Shown: piece after piece, positions 18,508 through 26,445 of the stretch
Position numbering within the stretch: the stretch's first letter is position 1
Layout of the letters: every line of letters starts with the position of its first letter
Assembly: GCA_048622595.1 (NCBI GenBank)
Contig: JBMCUM010000001.1
Coordinates: 1 to 29,086 of the forward strand
Direction of reading: 5' to 3'
DNA: 29,086 nucleotides
DNA from: Planctomycetota bacterium
GTDB lineage: Bacteria > Planctomycetota > Phycisphaerae > SM23-33
The notes under the pieces: model-generated
What the model was told of the DNA's origin: nothing
The model's input: only the letters and a program-made list of their open reading frames with translations
Databases searched by the model: none
Translations under genes and position numbers: made by a program

Positions 18508-18891
18508 TTACCGAGGCGGCGTTTTACCCTCGAGTTTCATAATCAGGCCCTTGACGATCCTTTGCACTTCGTCGGCAATTGTGATCAGTTTCGCTGTCTT
18601 GTCGGCACTGGCGAATCCCAGTTGTTGGGCCAAGATGATCTGGGTCTCCACTTCGCTGGCGGATGCCCTCGCAATATCGAGAAACCTTACATAGTCGTGC
18701 TTGGATCTGCGTCCATGTCCTTCGGCGATGTTGCTGGGAACACTCACCGCCGCGCGACGGACTTGCGCAGTTAGCCCGAAGCGTTCGGCGCTTGGGAAAG
18801 CCGCCGTCAGTTTATAGGTTTCACAGGCCAGCTCCATTGCCCGTGGCCAGGCTATCAGCCCTTTGAAGCCGCTGTTTTGCCCCACACTCAT
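18508..18891 (-). CDS. Four-helix-bundle protein (23S rRNA IVS protein family), copy B (127 aa)
   Basis: LIAWPRAMEL, YKLTAAFPSAERFGLTAQVRRAAVSVPSNIAEGHGR, RFLDIARAS..EVETQ; purine-rich RBS; ~53% GC in sampled lines. Confidence 0.93.
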   Translation of the reverse strand: MSVGQNSGFKGLIAWPRAMELACETYKLTAAFPSAERFGLTAQVRRAAVSVPSNIAEGHGRRSKHDYVRFLDIARASASEVETQIILAQQLGFASADKTAKLITIADEVQRIVKGLIMKLEGKTPPR

Positions 18892-18899
18892 GGACCTTT

Positions 18900-18927
18900 C
18901 CTCTGCCCTCAGCCCTCAGTCCTCCGC
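18900..18927. repeat. Heptamer array, 4 x CCTCNGY (5' arm of cassette B), overlapping the hisD stop
   Basis: CCTCTGC CCTCAGC CCTCAGT CCTCCGC; the hisD TGA is at 18909-18911. Confidence 0.88.
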
Positions 18928-20246
18928 TCGACCGCCGCGGCGTGGGCGGTCAGCCCCTCCCGGCGGGCGAAGTCGGCCACGTCCGCCGCGTCGGCGGCCA
19001 GAGCGTCGGCGTCGTAGCGGACCACGCTGGAGGCCTTGAGGAAGTCGTTGCAGCTCAGCGGACCGGAGAACCGCGCCGTCGTGCCCGTGGGAAGCACGTG
19101 CGACGGTCCCGCGTAGTAATCGCCCACCGGAACGGGCGTGTGGGCGCCGACGAAGATCGCCCCGGCGTTGCGGATTCTCGCCAGGGCGCCCTCGTCGTCG
19201 GCCGTGATGATCTGAAGGTGCTCCGGGGCGAAGGCGTTGGCGACGTCCGCCGCGGCGTCCAGGTCGGGCGCGACGATGACGACCGAGTACTTGTCGATGC
19301 CGTGGCGTGCGGCGTCGGCCCGACCCAGTGCGTCGAGCTGCCTGTCGATCTCGGCGGCGACGGCGCCGGCCAGTCCGGGCGAGGTCGTCACCAGCACGGC
19401 CGATCCGGGGTCGTGTTCCGTCTGGGCGAGCATGTCGACGGCGACCCAGGCCGGCTCGGCGGTCTCGTCGGCGACGATGAGCACCTCGCTGGGCCCGGCG
19501 ATGGCGTCAATGCCGACGCGTCCGAACAACTGGCGTTTGGCCTCGGCGATATAGGCGTTGCCCGGCCCGACGATCTTGTCCACCCGGGGGATGTCGTCGG
19601 TGCCCACCGCCGCGGCCGCCAAGCCCGCAACGCCGCTGACGCGATACACCGTCCGCACGCCCAGCAGCTCGGCCACCGCCGCGATCATCGGATGCACCGA
19701 GCCGGCGTGCGTCGGCGGGGAGATCATCACGACCTCGCCCACGCCGGCGACCTGCGCGGGAATCACCGTCATCAGCACGGAGGACGGATAGACCGCCCGC
19801 CCGCCGGGCACGTAGACGGCCGCGCGATCGACCGGCGTGTAGCGCACGGCCAGTTTCCGCCCGTCGCGGGACAGCTCCGGCGGGTCGGCGATGCGGATGT
19901 GCTCCTGGTACGCGCGGATGTTGGCGGTCGCCCGCTCGATCAGCCCGATGAACCGCCCGTCGCGCTTGCGGAAGTCGTCCAGGGCGCCCGCCATCTCGTC
20001 GCCCGGTACGCGAATCCCGTCCGGCGTGAGCGTCACGTCGTGCAGGCGCGCGGTCTGCTCGATGACGGCGTCCGTTCCGTCCCGCTCGACGGCCTCGATC
20101 GCCTCGGCCACCGTCTGACGCACCGCGGCGCGGTCGCGGCGCTGTGCGCCCGAGGCGGTCAGGTTCCCTTCGGTCAGCCGCTCGATGGCGCGAAGCACGC
20201 GCGCATCCTCCAGCGGTCTGTCGGACTGGATGATCTCGACGGGCAT
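18909..20246 (-). CDS. hisD: Histidinol dehydrogenase (~445 aa)
   Basis: YVPGG, GPGNAYIAEAK, IAGPSEV, AQTEH, APEHL, GDYYAGPSHVLPT; start MPVEII at 20246. Confidence 0.96.
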   Translation of the reverse strand: MPVEIIQSDRPLEDARVLRAIERLTEGNLTASGAQRRDRAAVRQTVAEAIEAVERDGTDAVIEQTARLHDVTLTPDGIRVPGDEMAGALDDFRKRDGRFIGLIERATANIRAYQEHIRIADPPELSRDGRKLAVRYTPVDRAAVYVPGGRAVYPSSVLMTVIPAQVAGVGEVVMISPPTHAGSVHPMIAAVAELLGVRTVYRVSGVAGLAAAAVGTDDIPRVDKIVGPGNAYIAEAKRQLFGRVGIDAIAGPSEVLIVADETAEPAWVAVDMLAQTEHDPGSAVLVTTSPGLAGAVAAEIDRQLDALGRADAARHGIDKYSVVIVAPDLDAAADVANAFAPEHLQIITADDEGALARIRNAGAIFVGAHTPVPVGDYYAGPSHVLPTGTTARFSGPLSCNDFLKASSVVRYDADALAADAADVADFARREGLTAHAAAVERRTEG

Positions 20247-20255
20247 GGCGAGCGT

Positions 20256-20284
20256 ACTGTAGGCGCGGGCGGGCGCTTTTGCAA
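20256..20284 (-). promoter_or_regulatory. sigma70-like promoter of the his run
   Basis: TTGCAA-N17-TACAGT, then 9 nt to the hisD ATG; no SD. Confidence 0.6.
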
Positions 20285-20305
20285 CGCCGGCGGGCGCGGC
20301 GGGCA

Positions 20306-20334
20306 TTGCGGCGCCGCCCTCGAGGGGGCATAAT
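20306..20334 (+). promoter_or_regulatory. sigma70-like promoter, divergent from hisD
   Basis: TTGCGG-N17-CATAAT. Confidence 0.45.
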
Positions 20335-20450
20335 GCAGGCGGGCACCCCGCCGAGATCGCACGGGAACTTCGCCGCGCGTGGCGCATCGAACAGGAAACG
20401 CGCCACGACGTGCCTCCGCGAGGGCGCCGGGCAGCGCGGGAGGACGGTCG

Positions 20451-22544
20451 ATGAAGCGTGCCAGCCAATGTGGACGAATGACGCGCCTTGCGGCGGGGCT
20501 CCTTGCGCCGCTGCTCGGCGCGGCGACGCTGTTGGGGCTCGCGGCGGGACCGGCCCGCGGCGAGAAGCCCATCGCAGTCCTGGGGCTCGTCCGCGCCGCC
20601 GGACGGGTGACCCCGGCCGCGGGCGGCGAGACCGTCAAGGGCCTGCACCTGTCCCCCCAGCGCCGCGTGGGCCTGGCGCACGTCCTGACCGACGGCGCGG
20701 GCTTCCGCTGGGACATCCAGCAGTACGGAACCGTCGGAAACGGGACGAACAACGCCTACGGGCACGGGATGTTCTGCCAAATCAGCGGCAACACCGTCCG
20801 CGCCTCGGACGGACAGGCGCGCCTCAGCGCCGACGGCCGCGAGATCGAGATCGGCCCGCACCAGGACAACACCGGGCTCCGCGTCTATCGGCGGGTCCGC
20901 GTCTACGAGGACCGGGCGCTGGCCCGCTGGCTGGACATCTTCGAGAACCCCACGGGCAAGCCGATACGGGTTCCCGTCGAGATTCGCAGCAACATCCCGT
21001 ACGGGATCGGCAAACGCGTGGGCAGCGAAGGCCGCGCCGTGGACCGCGACGCTTGGGCGTTCATGACCGAAAGCGGTCGTCCCGAACGCTCCCCGGCGCT
21101 TCTGCACGTGGTCCGTGGGGAGCACTCGAAGCTCAAACCGCAGATCACGTTCCGGGGCAACAGCATCCACGTACAGTGGCAGCTCGAGATCCCGGCGCGG
21201 TCCAGCGTCGTGCTGTGCACGTTCCAGTCGCAGGACCACAAGCTGAACGCCCACCGCCGCCGGTTGCGCGGCTTCCGCGTCAGCGACCTGCTCCGCGACC
21301 TGCCGGCGGCGGCGCGGCGGCGCATCGTCAACTTCCGCGTGGGCACGTTCGTCGCCGACGTCTCGCTGGACCGGTCGGAGCGGGCCGACGTTCTGGTCAC
21401 CGCCGACGGCGACCCCATGCACGGGCAGGTGCTCAACGAAGCGTTCACGCTGTCGACGTTTTTCGGCTCGATGAAGCTGCCGGCCGACCGCGTGATCGGC
21501 ATGGCGGTCGCCGAGGACGGCGTCCGGGTGCTGACGACCGACGGGCAGGTGGTCTCGGGGACGCTGGCGGACCAGCCGATCCGCATCGACCTGCCGGACG
21601 GGCGGGGCGAGCTGGCGCTGCCCGTCGCGAAGATCTCCCAGTGGTCCTACCGCATCAGCGAGGACCGCCCGTTGGAGATTCCGTTTTCCGGCCCTGCGGT
21701 GGAACTGCGCAGCGGGGACCGCCTGGCGTTCGCCGCCGAGGCGACGGCGCTTTCGCTGCGGACGCGGCACGGGACGGTCGCCCTGGACGCCGCCGCGATG
21801 CACGAGGTTCGCCTGGACAACGAGGACAACGGCGTGCACCGGGCGGTCTTCGTCAGCGGCAGCGAGCTGGCGGGCTTCCTCGAGCCGGATGACTTGACGT
21901 TCGAGCTGAAGCTGGGTCCGCAGTTGTCCGTGTCGCGCGACATGCTGGTGCGGGTTCTGTTCGACCCCGACGTGCGGGACGACCCGACGCTGACCCGCGT
22001 GACGCTGACCAACGGTGACGAGATCCGCGGGCGACTCGAAGACGCGCCGCTGCTCGTGGACACCGGGTACGGTTCCGTGAAGCTCGATCCCCGCGACGTG
22101 CGGATCCTGGCGCTGGAGCCCGATCAGCCCGGCCGGGCCGTGGTTCAGCTCTTCGATGAGTCCGTTCTCCGCGGCGAACTGACCAACGAGACCCTGGGCG
22201 TCAAGATGCTGCCCGGTCCCGAGCTGCGCATACAGACCGTGCTGGTCCGCGGAGTGACGCGCAGCCAGCCCATGTCGCCCGAGGAGATTCGCACCCGCGC
22301 CCGCGACTTGGTGGTGCGCCTCGGCGCCGAGAGCTACGCCGACCGCGAGGCCGCCACGAAGGAGCTGGTCGAGCTCGGGGCGGTGATCCTGCCGATGGTG
22401 CGCTCGTATCTGGACGTCAATGACCCGGAGGTCCGCCAGCGCCTCGAGCGGGTCGTCGAGCAGATCACAGGCGGTCAGAGCCCGGACGCCGCGGCGCCGG
22501 CGCCCGGCGCGCTCCGCACGCTGCTCGAGCGGGGCGGACGTTGA
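20451..22544 (+). CDS. Secreted multi-domain protein with tandem beta-rich repeats and a C-terminal HEAT-like helical domain (~697 aa)
   Basis: RBS GGGAGGA; signal peptide; GFRWDI..GTNNAY domain; three repeats of (xLxxGDx.xG...xTxYGxxxL); C-terminal LVVRLGAESYADREAATKEL..DPEVRQRL. Confidence 0.8.
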   Translation: MKRASQCGRMTRLAAGLLAPLLGAATLLGLAAGPARGEKPIAVLGLVRAAGRVTPAAGGETVKGLHLSPQRRVGLAHVLTDGAGFRWDIQQYGTVGNGTNNAYGHGMFCQISGNTVRASDGQARLSADGREIEIGPHQDNTGLRVYRRVRVYEDRALARWLDIFENPTGKPIRVPVEIRSNIPYGIGKRVGSEGRAVDRDAWAFMTESGRPERSPALLHVVRGEHSKLKPQITFRGNSIHVQWQLEIPARSSVVLCTFQSQDHKLNAHRRRLRGFRVSDLLRDLPAAARRRIVNFRVGTFVADVSLDRSERADVLVTADGDPMHGQVLNEAFTLSTFFGSMKLPADRVIGMAVAEDGVRVLTTDGQVVSGTLADQPIRIDLPDGRGELALPVAKISQWSYRISEDRPLEIPFSGPAVELRSGDRLAFAAEATALSLRTRHGTVALDAAAMHEVRLDNEDNGVHRAVFVSGSELAGFLEPDDLTFELKLGPQLSVSRDMLVRVLFDPDVRDDPTLTRVTLTNGDEIRGRLEDAPLLVDTGYGSVKLDPRDVRILALEPDQPGRAVVQLFDESVLRGELTNETLGVKMLPGPELRIQTVLVRGVTRSQPMSPEEIRTRARDLVVRLGAESYADREAATKELVELGAVILPMVRSYLDVNDPEVRQRLERVVEQITGGQSPDAAAPAPGALRTLLERGGR

Positions 22545-22559
22545 GCGAAGGAACGGTCG

Positions 22560-22709
22560 ATGGGAAACCCGATACCCCCGGGGCGCACGGCGCGGCTCGC
22601 GGGCGCGGGCGTCGCAGCCGCTTTGGGCGCTGCGGCGCTGCTCGGCGCCGGCCGCGCCGCCCTCATCCGGGAACCGATTGAAGCAGGCAGCCGGCAGGAA
22701 GGATCGTGA
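22560..22709 (+). CDS. Small hydrophobic ORF (49 aa) below the ORF-track cutoff
   Basis: GAAGGA-N7-ATG; MGNPIPPGRTARLAGAGVAAALGAAALLGAGRAALIREPIEAGSRQEGS; its TGA overlaps the next ATG (TGATG). Confidence 0.45.
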   Translation: MGNPIPPGRTARLAGAGVAAALGAAALLGAGRAALIREPIEAGSRQEGS

Positions 22710-24631
22710 TGCGCAATCTGATTCTCGTGAGTATCGCCGCGGCGGGCGTGGGGTCGTACCTGGCGAGTCCCGTCGCCCGCGCCCAGGGCGTCCATCTTCC
22801 GGAGGACCGCGAGACGTCGTTTACGTGGCAGGTGAACGACGCGGCGGGGTTCCGGTGGGACATCTCGAACAACGCCCACGTCAACGACGGGACGAACGAC
22901 GCGTACGACGGCGGGATGCGGCTGAAGGTCAACGGCACGTTCGTCGGCGCCTGGGGCAGCGCCCGGCTCAGCGAGGACGGCAACGAGGTCGAGGCCGGTC
23001 CGTGGAAGCACGAGTCCCTTCGCGTCTGGCGGCGGGTGTACGTGGACCGGGGCAAGGACGCCGTCGGATACTGCCGGTGGATCGACATTTTCGAGAACGT
23101 CGGCAAAGAGGCGCGGACCGTCGACGTCGAGTATTTCTCGGACATGGGCAACTCGGTGCAGCACACGTACACGACCAGCGGCGGGACGCGCCCCGGAAAG
23201 GAGGACTGGGGCATCGTCACATCGGATACCGCCGGCAGCTCGTCGCGTCCGGCGGTGGTTCACGTCTTCGCGAGCAAGGGGTCGCGCCACATCCCGCAGT
23301 TCACCTGGGAAAGCGACGACCTGCACTGCCGCACAACGCTGGAGATCCCGCCCGGGCGCACGGTGGCGCTGTGCATGATCGAGGCGCAGCGCGGCAGCTT
23401 CGCCGCGGGCAAGGAATTCCTCGACGAATTCGACGTGCGGCGCGAGCTGCGGAAGGTTCCGCCCGCGCTGCGCAAGCTGGTGGTCAACATGCAGGGCTCG
23501 CTGCTGGCGGTGGGCGCGCTGGAGGTGCCCCGTCACGGCGACCACGACCTGCTGATCCCCACCAGCGGCGACAGCGTGCCCGGGCGCGTCGTCAACGAGC
23601 GGTTCACCGTGGCGACCCCGTTCGGCGAGTTGACCTTCCCGGCCGAACGGGTCATGGGCATCCAGTCCCTCGGCGCCGCGTCCCGCGTTCGCGTGGGGCT
23701 GGTCGACGGGCAGGTCGTCGTCGGGGAGCTGACCTCCGGGGCGGTGCGGTTCCGCCCCGCGACCGGGGACCAACTGACGGTCCCCCCGGCGGACCTTGCG
23801 ACGGTGGGCTACCGGGTCTCGCCCGACAAGCCCGAGGAAGTGCGCCTCGCCGAGCCCGTCATCGTCCTGCGATCCGGCGCGCGTCTGGGGTTCTCGCCGG
23901 CCGATTTCCCCGGGGCGTTCCTGACCGAGTACGGGCGTCTGAAGCTGGATGCGGACCACCTGCAGAGCGTGGAGCTGACGGGCGTCGACGGGGGGCTCCA
24001 CCGGGCGATATTCCGCAACGGAACGGTCCTGTCGGGGCTGCTGCTGGACGAGCAAATCGACCTGCCGGTCAAGCTGGGCCTGTCCGTTCGCGTGGGCCGC
24101 GGGCGCGTGCGGCGGTTCGTCCTCCCCGCCGAGCAGATCGACAAGCCCTGCGTGGAGCTGACCTTGCGCAACGATGACGTCCTGCGCGGCTACATCGTCG
24201 ACGAGACGCTGACCGTGCGGACGCGCTACGGGCGGATCGATGCCCGCCCGGACAAGCTCAAATCCCTGTCGCTGGACCCGGCCCGGGGGGTGGGCTACGT
24301 CCGCCTCGAACTGCACGATGGGACCAGCGTCTCCGGGCGACTGGTCGGGCGCAGCATCCGCTTCCGCGTCACGCCCGGACCCGTGCTGGACGTCTTCGTG
24401 GGCCACATCCAGAACATCTCCTGTCCCGCCGAAGGGCTGACGGGTCCGCCCAAACCGACCTCCCAGCCGGCGTCGCACCCCGCGCCGGACGCGACGACCC
24501 GGCCGACGACCCGGCCGGGGCGGCACGCGCTTCGCCTGCGACGATCCCGGGACACTTCGGTCATCAGTGTCGCCGCGCCGCGCGAGGCCGGACGGTCCGC
24601 CGCGGGCGCCGCTGAACCGCATGATCGCTGA
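22709..24631 (+). CDS. Secreted paralog of 20451-22544 (~640 aa)
   Basis: Signal peptide; GFRWDISNNAHVNDGTNDAYDGG; RVWRRVYV..RWIDIFEN; same three beta-repeats; Pro/Thr-rich tail instead of the HEAT-like domain. Confidence 0.8.
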   Translation: MRNLILVSIAAAGVGSYLASPVARAQGVHLPEDRETSFTWQVNDAAGFRWDISNNAHVNDGTNDAYDGGMRLKVNGTFVGAWGSARLSEDGNEVEAGPWKHESLRVWRRVYVDRGKDAVGYCRWIDIFENVGKEARTVDVEYFSDMGNSVQHTYTTSGGTRPGKEDWGIVTSDTAGSSSRPAVVHVFASKGSRHIPQFTWESDDLHCRTTLEIPPGRTVALCMIEAQRGSFAAGKEFLDEFDVRRELRKVPPALRKLVVNMQGSLLAVGALEVPRHGDHDLLIPTSGDSVPGRVVNERFTVATPFGELTFPAERVMGIQSLGAASRVRVGLVDGQVVVGELTSGAVRFRPATGDQLTVPPADLATVGYRVSPDKPEEVRLAEPVIVLRSGARLGFSPADFPGAFLTEYGRLKLDADHLQSVELTGVDGGLHRAIFRNGTVLSGLLLDEQIDLPVKLGLSVRVGRGRVRRFVLPAEQIDKPCVELTLRNDDVLRGYIVDETLTVRTRYGRIDARPDKLKSLSLDPARGVGYVRLELHDGTSVSGRLVGRSIRFRVTPGPVLDVFVGHIQNISCPAEGLTGPPKPTSQPASHPAPDATTRPTTRPGRHALRLRRSRDTSVISVAAPREAGRSAAGAAEPHDR

Positions 24632-24789
24632 GTGTGCGGGAAAGACGCCGCAGTCGGACGGCGGTCCACGCGGTGTCGCACGCGGTCCGGGTCCCCGCCG
24701 CTTCGGTTGCCGCGGACGCCGGGATGCTTATGATGGACGCCCGGCGGGGACGCGTCGCGGCGCCGGGGACGTCAAGGAGCGATGAACTC

Positions 24790-26442
24790 GTGCGAATCGC
24801 GCTGGCACAGATCAATCCGGTGGTCGGCGACATCGAGGGCAATCGCGACCGCATCGCCGAGGCGATCGACCGCGGAGCCGACGCCGGCGCCGACCTGGTC
24901 GTCTTCGGCGAGCTGTCCGTCGTGGGCTATCCCCCGCGCGACCTGCTTCGCAAGGAGCAGTTCGTCGCCGACAGCGTCGCGGCGGTGGAGAACCTGGCGC
25001 GTCACTGCACGGACACGGCCGCGCTGGTGGGCTTCGTCCGCCCCGCGCCGGATGAGACGCACCGGCCGCTGCAGAACGCCGCGGCGCTGCTGTCCGACGG
25101 CGCCGTCCGCCGCGTCCACGCCAAGCGCCTGCTGCCCACGTACGACGTGTTCGACGAGGCGCGATACTTCCAGCCGGGTGCCGACAGCGGGTGCTTCGAT
25201 CTCGGCGGCGTGCGCATCGGGCTGACCATCTGCGAGGACCTGTGGGACCCGGCGGCACTGGGGCGCGACCTGTACGCGACCGACCCCGTCGGACGCCTCG
25301 CCGCCGGCGGCGCCCGGATCATCATCAACATGGCCGCCAGCCCGTTCGAGACGCACAAGGCGGCCGTGCGCGACGGCGTCTTCCGGCGTCAGGCCGACCG
25401 CGCCGACGCCGCCATCGTCTACGTCAACCAGGTCGGCGGAAACGATGAGCTGATCTTCGACGGCGGAAGCTGCGTCGTCGCCGCTGACGGGACGGTCCAG
25501 GCCCGCGCCGCCAGCTTCGCCGAGGACCTGCTCGTCGTCGACGTCGGCGCCGGCGCCGCGGCCACGCGCTGCGAGCCGGTCGGCGAGCCGATGGCGCGTC
25601 TGATGGCCGCACTGAAGCTCGGACTGCGGGACTACGTCGCCAAGTGCGGGTTCTCCTCGGTCGTGCTTGGCCTGTCCGGAGGGATCGATTCGGCCGTCAC
25701 CGCGACCCTCGCCGCCGACGCCCTCGGTCCAGAGAATGTCCTGGCGCTGGCGATGCCCAGCCGGTACAGCTCGCAGCACAGTCTCGACGACGCCGAGGCG
25801 CTGGCGGACAACCTCGGCATCGAGCTGAAGGTGGTGCCCATCGAGCAGGTGCACGGGGCCTTCGAGCAGGTGCTCGCCGAGCCGCTGCGCGGCGGGAACC
25901 TGGAGCTGGCCGACGAGAACGTCCAGGCGCGGATACGCGGGGTGCTGGTGATGGCGGTCAGCAACGCCTTCGGACGCCTGGCGCTGGCGACGGGCAACAA
26001 GTCCGAGATGTCGGTGGGGTACTGCACGCTGTACGGGGACATGGCCGGTGGGCTGGCGCCGCTGGGGGACCTGTTGAAGACCACGGTGTTCGATCTGGCC
26101 CGACAGGTGAACGCCGAGGCCGGTTGGGCGCGAATCCCCGAGAGCACCCTGACCAAGCCGCCCAGCGCGGAGCTCAAGCCCGCACAGACGGACCAGGACA
26201 AGTTGCCCGCCTACGACGTGCTCGATGCGATTCTCTCGCGCTACATCGAGGCGGACCAGACGGCGGAGATGATCATCTCCGAGGGCTTCGATGCGGCGAC
26301 GGTGCGGCGCGTGGTGCGAATGGTCGACGGCGCGGAGCACAAGCGCCGCCAGGCGGCGCCGGTGTTGAAGGTCACGTCTCGCGCGTTCGGCACGGGGCGG
26401 CGCATGCCCATCGCCCAGCGATACCTTCGCCGGGAGGATTAG
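24790..26442 (+). CDS. nadE: Glutamine-dependent NAD+ synthetase
   Basis: RIALAQINPVVGD, nitrilase triad contexts (GEL..GYPP.DLL, KRLLPTYDVFDE, ICEDLW), GLSGGIDS, ENVQARIRG, TGNKSE, YCTLYGD, PSAEL; GTG start after AAGGAG. Confidence 0.96.
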   Translation: MRIALAQINPVVGDIEGNRDRIAEAIDRGADAGADLVVFGELSVVGYPPRDLLRKEQFVADSVAAVENLARHCTDTAALVGFVRPAPDETHRPLQNAAALLSDGAVRRVHAKRLLPTYDVFDEARYFQPGADSGCFDLGGVRIGLTICEDLWDPAALGRDLYATDPVGRLAAGGARIIINMAASPFETHKAAVRDGVFRRQADRADAAIVYVNQVGGNDELIFDGGSCVVAADGTVQARAASFAEDLLVVDVGAGAAATRCEPVGEPMARLMAALKLGLRDYVAKCGFSSVVLGLSGGIDSAVTATLAADALGPENVLALAMPSRYSSQHSLDDAEALADNLGIELKVVPIEQVHGAFEQVLAEPLRGGNLELADENVQARIRGVLVMAVSNAFGRLALATGNKSEMSVGYCTLYGDMAGGLAPLGDLLKTTVFDLARQVNAEAGWARIPESTLTKPPSAELKPAQTDQDKLPAYDVLDAILSRYIEADQTAEMIISEGFDAATVRRVVRMVDGAEHKRRQAAPVLKVTSRAFGTGRRMPIAQRYLRRED

Positions 26443-26445
26443 CTC

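Noticed and set aside
16782-18927. Repeat arrays as CRISPR, or the four-helix-bundle genes as a DGR
   Set aside because: Units are contiguous 7-mers with no spacers and no cas genes; there is no reverse transcriptase or TR/VR pair in the window.
20247-21839. 976-aa ORF suggesting a large HisD fusion
   Set aside because: The upstream 531 codons are antisense to the 20451 gene; a promoter lies directly before ATG 20246.
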